Below, piece by piece: positions 6,557 to 14,883 of a stretch of DNA of 39,889 nt (the stretch's first letter is position 1; every line of letters starts with the position of its first letter). The position numbers and the translations under genes are program-made. Origin of the DNA: Bacteriovoracia bacterium (GTDB lineage Bacteria; Bdellovibrionota; Bacteriovoracia; Bacteriovoracales; Bacteriovoracaceae); contig JBKHVY010000001.1 in NCBI GenBank assembly GCA_046569805.1, positions 1 through 39,889 of the forward strand. The letters are read 5' to 3'. The notes beneath the pieces were generated by a model. That model saw only the letters and a program-made list of their open reading frames with translations. It was not told where the DNA came from and ran no database searches.

Positions 6557-9432
6557 TTAAGGCCTCCCCGATCCATGAGCACCATCGGTGAAAGGTTATG
6601 GTATTTGGGCGATAGCTTCGAGTCCTTAGCAAAGATCTCAAAGTTATCCTCGGAAAGGATCGTATTCTTTTGAATCAACGTCCGGACCTCCTCGCGACGT
6701 TTTTGTGCCGTCTGCGAAATCGGTCCCCACACGGTCATCATGGCCTTACTGAAGCTCTCGACGTACTCCGGCCCTTTGTCAGGAGGAACGAATCCCTTGA
6801 GTTCTGTAGCAAATTTTTCATAGGCCTGGATGTAGAGCTTCTGAGCGCGGACGATCCCTCGACCTGATCCCGTTTTCTGAATCTCATTCACTTCCGCCGT
6901 AAGCGAATCTAGAATGGAAAGCTTCTGCTTCACAGTTTGGTTGAAGACTTGCTCCGGGAACCTTAAAGAAAGAGCATCGAGCTGTTGGCTCTTCTGCACA
7001 AGCTTCGGCATGAGACCAAGCGCTACTATGTCGAGGGCCTCTACCGGGATCTCTAGGTTCTTTGACTTAGATTCGCGATAGATAGAAAGAATGAGATTTC
7101 CCGTTTCTTGGGCTTTTGCCGAATCCCCGATGGATAGGTAACTCTGCCGCAACGTTTCAAGATGAACGATCGTATGAGGGGCCTGCGACTTACTTGTCGT
7201 CACCGGCATAACTACAGCAGAAAGTGAGTCCCAACGCTTAAGCTTTGCGAATTCCTTTGCGAGTTCGAGACGGGCCTCATTGATTGTCGAAAGGTCGATC
7301 CCACAGCGAGCGCCGAGCTGCATGACCTCTTCTGCTTTTTCTAGCTTTCCATCGGCTAGCCATAGATAAACAGAGTTCTTGAACGCGGTATTCTTGGCCG
7401 CAAGGCCCTCACTGCAGAGCTTCGCGACGGTGCGAGCTCCGAGGTCTGCGGATTGCTGAAAGCGCTGTCGGAGAAAGAGATTCGTCGAAATCGCTAAGAA
7501 GGAATTCGCGAATTGCTTTGATTCCTTCGCATCCATTTCTTGGAGAGCGACGACGGCCCACTTATAACTTTCTGGCAAATCCCCGGCTTCGTAGTACAAC
7601 GCCGCAAGGTTGTAAGCAGCATTCGCCTTGGCTCGAGGCGTACTCTCGGCACTATTATAGATGCGGATGTAACTCTTAAGAGCTGTCGACTTGTCGCCCT
7701 TGTCCAATGCCACTTGTGCACCCTCGATCTGGATCTTAGTCATAAGCTGACGGAGGGCATCGGCGTATTTCTTTGAAACTTTGTAAGTTCCCTCATTGAT
7801 CTGAGTTACGAAGACTTTGATCTTATCGTAGTCCTTCTTCTTACGAGCTTCCTCCATGACCTCCGCCAGCATCGCCTCTTGCGTTTTGTAGTCCTGAGGG
7901 AAGTTCTTGGCGTAGTCCGCCATTATTTTCTCAGCATTGGCAGTGTCTTTTTTAGACATATGAACACGGAAGAGCTTTTGGCGTATGAGTCTTGCTCGAT
8001 CCGAGCGAGGGTCCTGCTCGAGATAAGCGCTATAGACAGGCACGTAGTACTTCTCGGCTTCTGCAGCGGGGAAATCTTTTTGGCCTAGAGCTGCGAGCAT
8101 GCCTTCCATCGCTTGAGACGCGATCTTTTTATTGTTCTCTGCTTTCGCACGCTCGTAAGACGAATTATAGGCATCCATTGCAGCGACGTAGTCACCCGCC
8201 GCATACGAAGTTTCCCCCTTAAAGAAGAGGGGCTCAGCAGCAGCACCAGGCTTAAGCTGTGCCAAAAGATCGAAGTACTGGTTCGCCTGCTTGGTACGAA
8301 GTGCACGAGTCTTCTTTACATTTTTATAAGTGTCTGAAGACGCAGCCTTCTGGAGCTCCGCGGCTTTTTTTGCGACTTGGAACTGGAGGATTTTCTGCTG
8401 CGATTCATTTAACTTCTTCGCTTGGGCAAGACTCGTCAATTCCCGAGCGGCCTTTAGGTGCGGAGCAACTTTTTCGTACTTGTCGAAGAGATCGAGCTGG
8501 AGAAAGAGGATCTCGGCCCTGCCCTCTGGTGTTTTCTGCATGGCCGCAGCTTCATTCGCCAGTTGCTCTGCTTGAGTGAACTTACCTTGGGGGACAAGGA
8601 CCTTCGCGATTTTTACGAGGTGACCCGAAAAATCGATACCCTTTGACTTGTACCAGGCGATCGCCTCATCCGTACGCCGTGCATCCACGTAGAAGATTCC
8701 GAGGTCGCGCTCGACGAAGTAGCTCATATTCACAAAACGCTGATCTGCGGATTTCTTATGGATCTCCTGCATAAGGCTGATGGCCTTGTCATAGTTTCGC
8801 ACGCGGTAGTAACACCAGGCGAGGTTGAAGGCATCTTTTGTCCACCAAGTCTCATTCAGATTCGACAAGGCGGTCTGGTACAAAGGAATCGCTTGCTCGA
8901 ATTTGCCTTTGTTGTAGAGAGAATCCGCCAGAGCGAGCTGCGACTTATAGAAGGTTTTACTACCCTTCTTCGCAGACTTCGTGGCGAGCGCAAGGTACTT
9001 CTCTGACTGGTCGTATTGCTTAAGTTCGCGAGCATTGTAGGCGAGGATGTAATACACGTCACCGATGTCGCGGTACTTCGGGAAGTTCCTCGTCACGGCC
9101 GTCGCGTACTGACTCGCTGTCTTGAAGCTACGCACAGATCCAGCATAGGCCTGGGCTTCATTAACGTTTTTTCTCTGGTCTGCAGGAATGGCAAGAAACC
9201 TTTCGTTCTCACCCTCACGCTGAAGTCGCGCGCGCTCTAGGTTGAGCTCAGCCGCTCGTAACAAGAGCTCCGGATCTCGATCGTCTTTCTGTTTTGAAAG
9301 ACGGATAACCTCGCTCAGCTCTTCGTTAATGATCGCGAGGATTTTTTGACGTCGGTGATCCTCCGAGGGTCTCCCCCCCTGGGACCAAGCGACGCTCGAG
9401 AAAAGAAGAGAAGCGATAATGAGTTTTAGCAT
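6553..9432 (-). CDS. large TPR/helical-repeat periplasmic protein, GltD/AgmU-like candidate
   Basis: 959 aa with a signal peptide (MLKLIIASLLFSSVAWSQ). Many TPR-like A/Y/L-rich repeats run throughout (YYILAYNARELKQYDQSEKYLALA, AWCYYRVRNYDKAISLMQEI, AYNLAALYYEAGDLPESYKWA). Its start overlaps the upstream gene's stop by 7 nt. Confidence 0.75.
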   Translation of the reverse strand: MLKLIIASLLFSSVAWSQGGRPSEDHRRQKILAIINEELSEVIRLSKQKDDRDPELLLRAAELNLERARLQREGENERFLAIPADQRKNVNEAQAYAGSVRSFKTASQYATAVTRNFPKYRDIGDVYYILAYNARELKQYDQSEKYLALATKSAKKGSKTFYKSQLALADSLYNKGKFEQAIPLYQTALSNLNETWWTKDAFNLAWCYYRVRNYDKAISLMQEIHKKSADQRFVNMSYFVERDLGIFYVDARRTDEAIAWYKSKGIDFSGHLVKIAKVLVPQGKFTQAEQLANEAAAMQKTPEGRAEILFLQLDLFDKYEKVAPHLKAARELTSLAQAKKLNESQQKILQFQVAKKAAELQKAASSDTYKNVKKTRALRTKQANQYFDLLAQLKPGAAAEPLFFKGETSYAAGDYVAAMDAYNSSYERAKAENNKKIASQAMEGMLAALGQKDFPAAEAEKYYVPVYSAYLEQDPRSDRARLIRQKLFRVHMSKKDTANAEKIMADYAKNFPQDYKTQEAMLAEVMEEARKKKDYDKIKVFVTQINEGTYKVSKKYADALRQLMTKIQIEGAQVALDKGDKSTALKSYIRIYNSAESTPRAKANAAYNLAALYYEAGDLPESYKWAVVALQEMDAKESKQFANSFLAISTNLFLRQRFQQSADLGARTVAKLCSEGLAAKNTAFKNSVYLWLADGKLEKAEEVMQLGARCGIDLSTINEARLELAKEFAKLKRWDSLSAVVMPVTTSKSQAPHTIVHLETLRQSYLSIGDSAKAQETGNLILSIYRESKSKNLEIPVEALDIVALGLMPKLVQKSQQLDALSLRFPEQVFNQTVKQKLSILDSLTAEVNEIQKTGSGRGIVRAQKLYIQAYEKFATELKGFVPPDKGPEYVESFSKAMMTVWGPISQTAQKRREEVRTLIQKNTILSEDNFEIFAKDSKLSPKYHNLSPMVLMDRGGLK

Positions 9433-10835
9433 TCAGACCCCAGCGCAAACACGTAGTCTCCGAGTTCGTCGGCCCAGAACTCACCGTTGAAGTCCCAGAA
9501 GTATTGCTTATCGTTACGATCGATGTAGCGCACGTCGCCGCGCTTCTTCGACTCCGAGTCTTTTTCGTAGAGCGACTGTTTTTTTCGAGCGAGGACCTCG
9601 AGCTTGATGTAGCTCATCCCCTGGAAGGCGCTCGTGAGGGCATTGTACTTGTCGTGCATCTGCGAGTGGGCGTAGCTCCCGAGGAGCTGCTGGTACTCGC
9701 TCGCGACTTCTTTTAGGTTTCTCATGAGGAGGAGATTAAACCGACTGTTCCCTGCGCCCTTAACGCGCTCAAACTCTTTGATCGCATCGATGTAGGCTTG
9801 CTTCATTTCTTGCCAAGCCGCGTCCTGCGAGATCGATAGCAAAAGGGATTGCATCAAAAAGTCTTTGGCCGACTTCTCTTGCTCGAAGTTTGTGACCAAC
9901 CGGAAGAAGTATCCGTAGTCGCGCCGATGGAGCACGAGGAATGAGCGGAGCTCCTTCGAAGGATCCATCCACTTAGAGTAGAAGTTCTCCACGATGCTAT
10001 TCACATCTTGGTAGAGGCACATCCGCAGATACGCCATCGCCTTCAGGACGTCGATCTCAGGATTAAATACGAAGTCAAAAACGGGAGCCTGATAGGACAC
10101 AAGCTTCCCCAGGGTACGGTTGTAGTTCTTCAAGTAATAGCTAGACCAGGCCTCTTCGAAAAGAATCTCGGGCCAGACGTAGGAAGACTTCGGAACGTCA
10201 AGATAGAGGAAGTCAGCCTTGCTGTAGTCGCCCTTGTTGAAGGCGGTGCGGGCAATGCCCGCGATGCACGAGTCACGATTGATGAGAAGCTGGCGCATCT
10301 TCACGGGATTGGATTCTCCGTTGTAGCGCGAGCGCGAGAAGCTCACACAGTCCCGGTAGGTGGATTCGGCGTCGGTGTGCTTGCCCTGGATCCCGAAGAC
10401 GGTAGCCTTGAGCTGCGCGGCGAACGGATACACTGGATGATTCGCACTCACGCGATTGAGTTCTGTGAGCGTTTCTTCCCAGCGACCTTTGCGAAAATGC
10501 TTTTTCGCCAGGATGTACCGCACCACCGAAGAGCGCGACTGGGCCAGGACAGCATCTGGGAGTGTCTCAAAGGGCCTCACGCCCGTTGAGGTAATCATCT
10601 TATCAAACGCACGATCAAGATCTTCGTCGAGGACCGAGCGGTTCTGGACGAGGTAGTCTTTCATGAAGGGAACGGCCGCGAACGGGTAACCATCATCAAC
10701 AAGTTGAATCACAAGTTTTCGCCATGAGCTCGATCCGGAGTTTGCCTCCCAGATGCGCTGAGACGGACCCAACGTCGCCCCCCAAACACTGGTCGCTGAC
10801 GCCAGAAGAAAAACTGTGAGAATATGGTGGAACAT
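9426..10835 (-). CDS. secreted helical-repeat protein, GltC-like candidate
   Basis: 469 aa with a signal peptide (MFHHILTVFLLASATSVWG|A). It has helical or TPR-like segments. It sits between the OM barrel gene and the GltD-like gene, as in glt/nfs clusters. Confidence 0.6.
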   Translation of the reverse strand: MFHHILTVFLLASATSVWGATLGPSQRIWEANSGSSSWRKLVIQLVDDGYPFAAVPFMKDYLVQNRSVLDEDLDRAFDKMITSTGVRPFETLPDAVLAQSRSSVVRYILAKKHFRKGRWEETLTELNRVSANHPVYPFAAQLKATVFGIQGKHTDAESTYRDCVSFSRSRYNGESNPVKMRQLLINRDSCIAGIARTAFNKGDYSKADFLYLDVPKSSYVWPEILFEEAWSSYYLKNYNRTLGKLVSYQAPVFDFVFNPEIDVLKAMAYLRMCLYQDVNSIVENFYSKWMDPSKELRSFLVLHRRDYGYFFRLVTNFEQEKSAKDFLMQSLLLSISQDAAWQEMKQAYIDAIKEFERVKGAGNSRFNLLLMRNLKEVASEYQQLLGSYAHSQMHDKYNALTSAFQGMSYIKLEVLARKKQSLYEKDSESKKRGDVRYIDRNDKQYFWDFNGEFWADELGDYVFALGSEC

Positions 10836-10850
10836 CCTGTTCTCCCCTTC

Positions 10851-11543
10851 TTAGAATGCGAACATCAAACCGACACCGAAGTCATAGTTTGAAAAAAGCT
10901 GCGTACTGCCACCGGTCTGAGACTTACGATCGGCGCTATAGTGCACACCCGTGAAGTCGAGGCGCAGGCTCCACGCTTGGTTGATGTGGAAGCGCATCGC
11001 CGTTGACCACATGCCGCCGGTGACACTCTCGCTGACGAGGCTATTCCCAGCACCTGGTGTAAATAGATTGCGGTTGTCCAAGGTCGTAACCTGGGCCACA
11101 CCTGCTCCGAACATCCAGTCGAAGTAGAAGATCTCGTTGAAAGTATTGATCTTGGCGTAGAAAGGAGACCACCACAGCATCCCGCCCATCAGCGTATCGA
11201 ACTTCCGATAGAACGGTACAGTTCCTTGCTCTTTAACGCCCTTTGCGGTGTCATTTTCTGTTCCGCTATATTTTCCATAGAGAAACTCAACGCCCCAGTC
11301 TTCACTCAGGAAGTAACCCACGCGCGCGGTTCCCCCGATGGAGTCGACAAATGCTCCTGAAATCGTCTTAATTCCACTGGCACCAACATAGAGACGACCG
11401 TCTTTGCGGAACTTCCGGTTCTGGAGAACGTAGATTTCCTTGTCCTTATCGAGCCACGAAAAGTCGTAGACCGATTTTTCGCTCGCCATCACCGTGGTGA
11501 GCATAAAAAAACTAAACCCAAGGGCCAAAAGCATTTTCGTCAT
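10851..11543 (-). CDS. outer-membrane beta-barrel protein, GltA/GltB-like candidate
   Basis: 230 aa with a signal peptide (MTKMLLALGFSFFMLTTVMAS). Alternating hydrophobic/aromatic beta-strand pattern. C-terminal OMP signature ...YDFGVGLMFAF ending in Phe. First gene of the minus-strand operon. Confidence 0.75.
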   Translation of the reverse strand: MTKMLLALGFSFFMLTTVMASEKSVYDFSWLDKDKEIYVLQNRKFRKDGRLYVGASGIKTISGAFVDSIGGTARVGYFLSEDWGVEFLYGKYSGTENDTAKGVKEQGTVPFYRKFDTLMGGMLWWSPFYAKINTFNEIFYFDWMFGAGVAQVTTLDNRNLFTPGAGNSLVSESVTGGMWSTAMRFHINQAWSLRLDFTGVHYSADRKSQTGGSTQLFSNYDFGVGLMFAF

Positions 11544-11584
11544 GTCCTCATCCTAAGAAACAGGTGTAATGCGCATCTATGTTC

Positions 11585-11612
11585 ATGATAACACGAGCTG
11601 GATGAGGTGCAA
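11585..11612 (-). promoter_or_regulatory. putative sigma70-type promoter of the six-gene Glt-like operon
   Basis: On the minus strand: TTGCAC (11612-11607), 16-nt spacer, TATCAT (11590-11585), about 40 nt upstream of the ATG at 11543. It lies in the 70-nt gap after the addA stop. Pattern match only. Confidence 0.3.
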
Positions 11613-11613
11613 G

Positions 11614-14600
11614 CTAACGTGGGCAGAGAGTTTGGTAGGGGCACTTCGGACAATGTGCGAGATCGACTTCATGCAAGCGTGCGAGTCGGCCCCAGATAGG
11701 AAGGAGGTTCTCCGCGGCTTCCTCGTAACGAACTTCTTTTGTCAGAAGCTCCTGCGTGTCGACGTAGCACAGTCGCAGGACGATCGATAAAGCTCTGGAA
11801 ACTAGACCATTTTCCCAGTGCCCGAGAGCGTAGATCATCAGCTGCTGCCAGTACTTGAGTTGCGTGGTTGCGTCCGGGCGGCCGGTTTTGTAGTCCCACA
11901 CTTCGACCGTTTCGCCGTAAGCAACCAGGTCGGGAATCCCCGATATCATAAATCCGAAAAGCGGAAACTTCATCGGTTGCTCGGAGCTCAGTCGATGCTC
12001 TGAGCATTTCTCTCGGACTTCTGACAACGCCCACTCCATCTTGCTCCGGTCGCGATGATTCACCCACTCGAGCGGCAACACGAAGTTCGCGGCAACGGCT
12101 TGCGAGAGTCCGAGGTGGATCGCACTCCCGCGCTCAGACGAAGAGAGAGGTCGGAACTCATCCTCGCTCACAAACGCCGTTAAGCGCTCGAGCTCTGGCG
12201 CATCGAGGCCTAAAACCTGCTGATAGTAGAACTTGCGCGGACACTCCCAAAGACTATTCAGTCGAGTCACGGCAAGCTCGGAGGTGACGCCGTAGTCGGG
12301 AGGAGCATGAACGACGGCCTTCGCCGCAAGGCCAAGTGGGTTGAGATGAAAAAATGGCTTCGCCGTTTGCGCGCTCGAAAAACTTTCAGAACCGAGCTTC
12401 CGAGGAATTGTCTCGTAGAGGTTTTCATCAGCGGATTCAAGGAACACTTCAAGACCCTTCGCCCAGGACATTTCACCGATCGTGAGCTGCTTCTCGAGGG
12501 CCTCGAAGCGCACAAAGACCAGTTCCTGCTTGGCCCGCGTGCAAGCAACGTAGAAGAGGCGCTTCGACTCCGCGAAATCCTTCTGTCGCGCCAGCGCTTT
12601 CTCGAACTCAAACTGCGGCGTCGGGAGCTTCTTGCGGGACGCAGCCTCCGCGACCCAAAGAGCAGCACCGGGAATGGAACCGATCCAATCCTGGCGTGGT
12701 CTTGAGAATCCGTTCGTGACAAGGCCCGCGACCACGACGACGTCGTACTCAAGGCCCTTCGATCCGTGGGACGTCTGGATGATCACGCGATGGGGATTTT
12801 CCCCAAACCTAAAATCCGCAGACCAGTTCTCACCACCCTTTTGGCGGATCTTGAGAGCAATAAGTTCGAGATCGCTGCCACTCAGTTGGAGTATCTCGCG
12901 CAGCTCCTGCCAATTCCCGGAGTACATGCTGTTCGAAATCCGCAGGCGCGCCAGGAAGAGGTCGAAGGCGAGCGTCGTCCCGAATGCCTGGACATCAGTC
13001 GTAAAGCTTTCAATGATTGATGATAGGTTCGCGGGGGGATCAATGCGAAGGAGCTGGAGATAGCCCGAGATCATAAAGATCGACCAGACTTTTTCCTTAA
13101 GACCCAGAACATCCTCTATGAGGCACAGTAAGATTCCAGAGATCGGATCGTCCTTAAAGGCGATTTTCGCCTGTGCCGTGAAACCGACGCCACGCTGGAT
13201 CAGCGAGGTCATCAGAAGTCCCGCTGGTGCCAGGCGCTTGTAGAGAATTGCGATGGCCCCACCGAAGTCACTCGCAAGCTTCTCCCGCACGAACTCCGCG
13301 ACGACTTCTCCTTCGGCTTGATTGATCAGGCGCGAAGTCCACTTTGGACTTTTCTTGTCTGCTTGGCCCTCGTCGACGTCCAAGATGTCCGGCAACTGAA
13401 CACTTAGGACTTTCACCGCTCCCGCAGAAACTTCGGAGATCTCAGGGACTGTTTGCGATTCCATTTCAACCGCATGAGGATCATCGTCAACCCAACCGAT
13501 CCCGAGAGGAAAGAGTCGGTGGAAGATTGCGTTATTAAAACTCACAATTTTCGATCGTGAGCGGTAGTTCGCTCGAAGTGGTAACGTTGTCACGCCGGCG
13601 CTTTTCTCGACGTCGAGAAAGACCTGGAGCTCTCCTCCGCGGAATCCGTAGATCGCTTGCTTAGCATCACCCACGCAGAATAGCCGCTGGCTCTGGTTCC
13701 GCGTGATGAGTCGCAGGACATCGTACTGAACGCGCGAGGTATCCTGAAACTCGTCAACGATGAAGTAGGTAAATTCCCGTGAGATCTTCTGGGCGACGAG
13801 CGGATCCCGCACACTCCGGAGCACGTGGTACTCCAGGTCACCATAGGTCAGTCCCTCCGTGACACTTAGACCGCGATCGATATAACGAACGAGTTCATGC
13901 AGCGTTCTGAGCCACGGTAGGATGCGGCCTTCGAAGTGCGCCTCATAGGCCGCGTAACTCTCAGACCAATTTTTTATCGAGTCTTTAAAATCTCTCCACG
14001 CATCGAAGTGCGCACCAACGAGGTCCTTGGAACTTCCGAGAACGAGCCTCGTAGAACCGACGTCGGACCGAGCAAAGTCTCCCCAGTCTTTTACATCCTG
14101 CCATGTCCGAAGTTCTTTTGGGCGCTGGTTCAGGGCGTCCGCCAAGGCGACCCATTTATTATTTTTTTTGCGAGCTTCCTCCGGAACGTCGATCGCATCA
14201 AGCGAGAGAAAGCGGAACCATCCAGCGACCGTGACGAGCTCCTGGGCGAGCCAGTCGAGTTTGGACGGGTGAGCATCGTTCGGCTCAAACTGCATCCAGG
14301 AGTCCCGCAGCGAGGGATCATTGAAGATATCATGTAATGTCTGTGCGAGCGCCGTTCGGTTCATGGCCGCGTCCCGGGCGGCTTCAGCGTCGAGCTTGTC
14401 CGAGCGCAGGTCCCACCAGGAATCAAAGAGCGCCATGATCTTCCGCTGCCGCGGCGGATCCATAATGATTTCTAGATCCGGCGGGAGCTCCGGGAAAAAT
14501 CCGCGGCGGACGAGGCGGTAAAAAAAGCCATCGATGGTCGTGACCGTCAACCGCTCAATCTGAGACAGAGCTTCAAGCCACCAGGACTGCTCACTTTCCT

Positions 14601-14883
14601 CACACTCGATACTCTGTCGTTGAAAGCGTGCGGTGAGGCGCACCAAAATTTCACCGGCCGCGAGCTTCGTAAACGTCATCAACACGGTCGATGAGTAGTG
14701 CTCGCCAATAAAGTCCGTAAACGGTGTCGCGCGGGTCTTTTCCCAGTCTAAACGCCACTGGCGCGTGAGGTAAATCGCATGCTCAACAAGGACGAAGGTT
14801 TTGCCAGATCCAGCTCCTGCCTTCAGCAGGACTCCTCCGCGATGCTCGATCGCCGGTCTTTGCTCTGCGTTTGGCGTACTCAT
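11614..14883 (-). CDS. addA: AddA-type UvrD/Rep-family helicase with C-terminal PD-(D/E)XK nuclease domain
   Basis: Walker A (AGAGSGKT), DEFQDTS, VGDAKQAIYGFRGG, NYRS, TSHGSKGLEYDVVVV, LFYVACTRAKQELV. The C-terminal nuclease motif is VWDYKTGR, with four Cys (CPRKFYY ... CPKCPYQTLCP). The ORF track starts at 14910. I prefer ATG at 14883 (MSTPNAEQRPAIEH), which forms an ATGA overlap with the addB-like stop. Confidence 0.85.
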   Translation of the reverse strand: MSTPNAEQRPAIEHRGGVLLKAGAGSGKTFVLVEHAIYLTRQWRLDWEKTRATPFTDFIGEHYSSTVLMTFTKLAAGEILVRLTARFQRQSIECEESEQSWWLEALSQIERLTVTTIDGFFYRLVRRGFFPELPPDLEIIMDPPRQRKIMALFDSWWDLRSDKLDAEAARDAAMNRTALAQTLHDIFNDPSLRDSWMQFEPNDAHPSKLDWLAQELVTVAGWFRFLSLDAIDVPEEARKKNNKWVALADALNQRPKELRTWQDVKDWGDFARSDVGSTRLVLGSSKDLVGAHFDAWRDFKDSIKNWSESYAAYEAHFEGRILPWLRTLHELVRYIDRGLSVTEGLTYGDLEYHVLRSVRDPLVAQKISREFTYFIVDEFQDTSRVQYDVLRLITRNQSQRLFCVGDAKQAIYGFRGGELQVFLDVEKSAGVTTLPLRANYRSRSKIVSFNNAIFHRLFPLGIGWVDDDPHAVEMESQTVPEISEVSAGAVKVLSVQLPDILDVDEGQADKKSPKWTSRLINQAEGEVVAEFVREKLASDFGGAIAILYKRLAPAGLLMTSLIQRGVGFTAQAKIAFKDDPISGILLCLIEDVLGLKEKVWSIFMISGYLQLLRIDPPANLSSIIESFTTDVQAFGTTLAFDLFLARLRISNSMYSGNWQELREILQLSGSDLELIALKIRQKGGENWSADFRFGENPHRVIIQTSHGSKGLEYDVVVVAGLVTNGFSRPRQDWIGSIPGAALWVAEAASRKKLPTPQFEFEKALARQKDFAESKRLFYVACTRAKQELVFVRFEALEKQLTIGEMSWAKGLEVFLESADENLYETIPRKLGSESFSSAQTAKPFFHLNPLGLAAKAVVHAPPDYGVTSELAVTRLNSLWECPRKFYYQQVLGLDAPELERLTAFVSEDEFRPLSSSERGSAIHLGLSQAVAANFVLPLEWVNHRDRSKMEWALSEVREKCSEHRLSSEQPMKFPLFGFMISGIPDLVAYGETVEVWDYKTGRPDATTQLKYWQQLMIYALGHWENGLVSRALSIVLRLCYVDTQELLTKEVRYEEAAENLLPIWGRLARLHEVDLAHCPKCPYQTLCPR

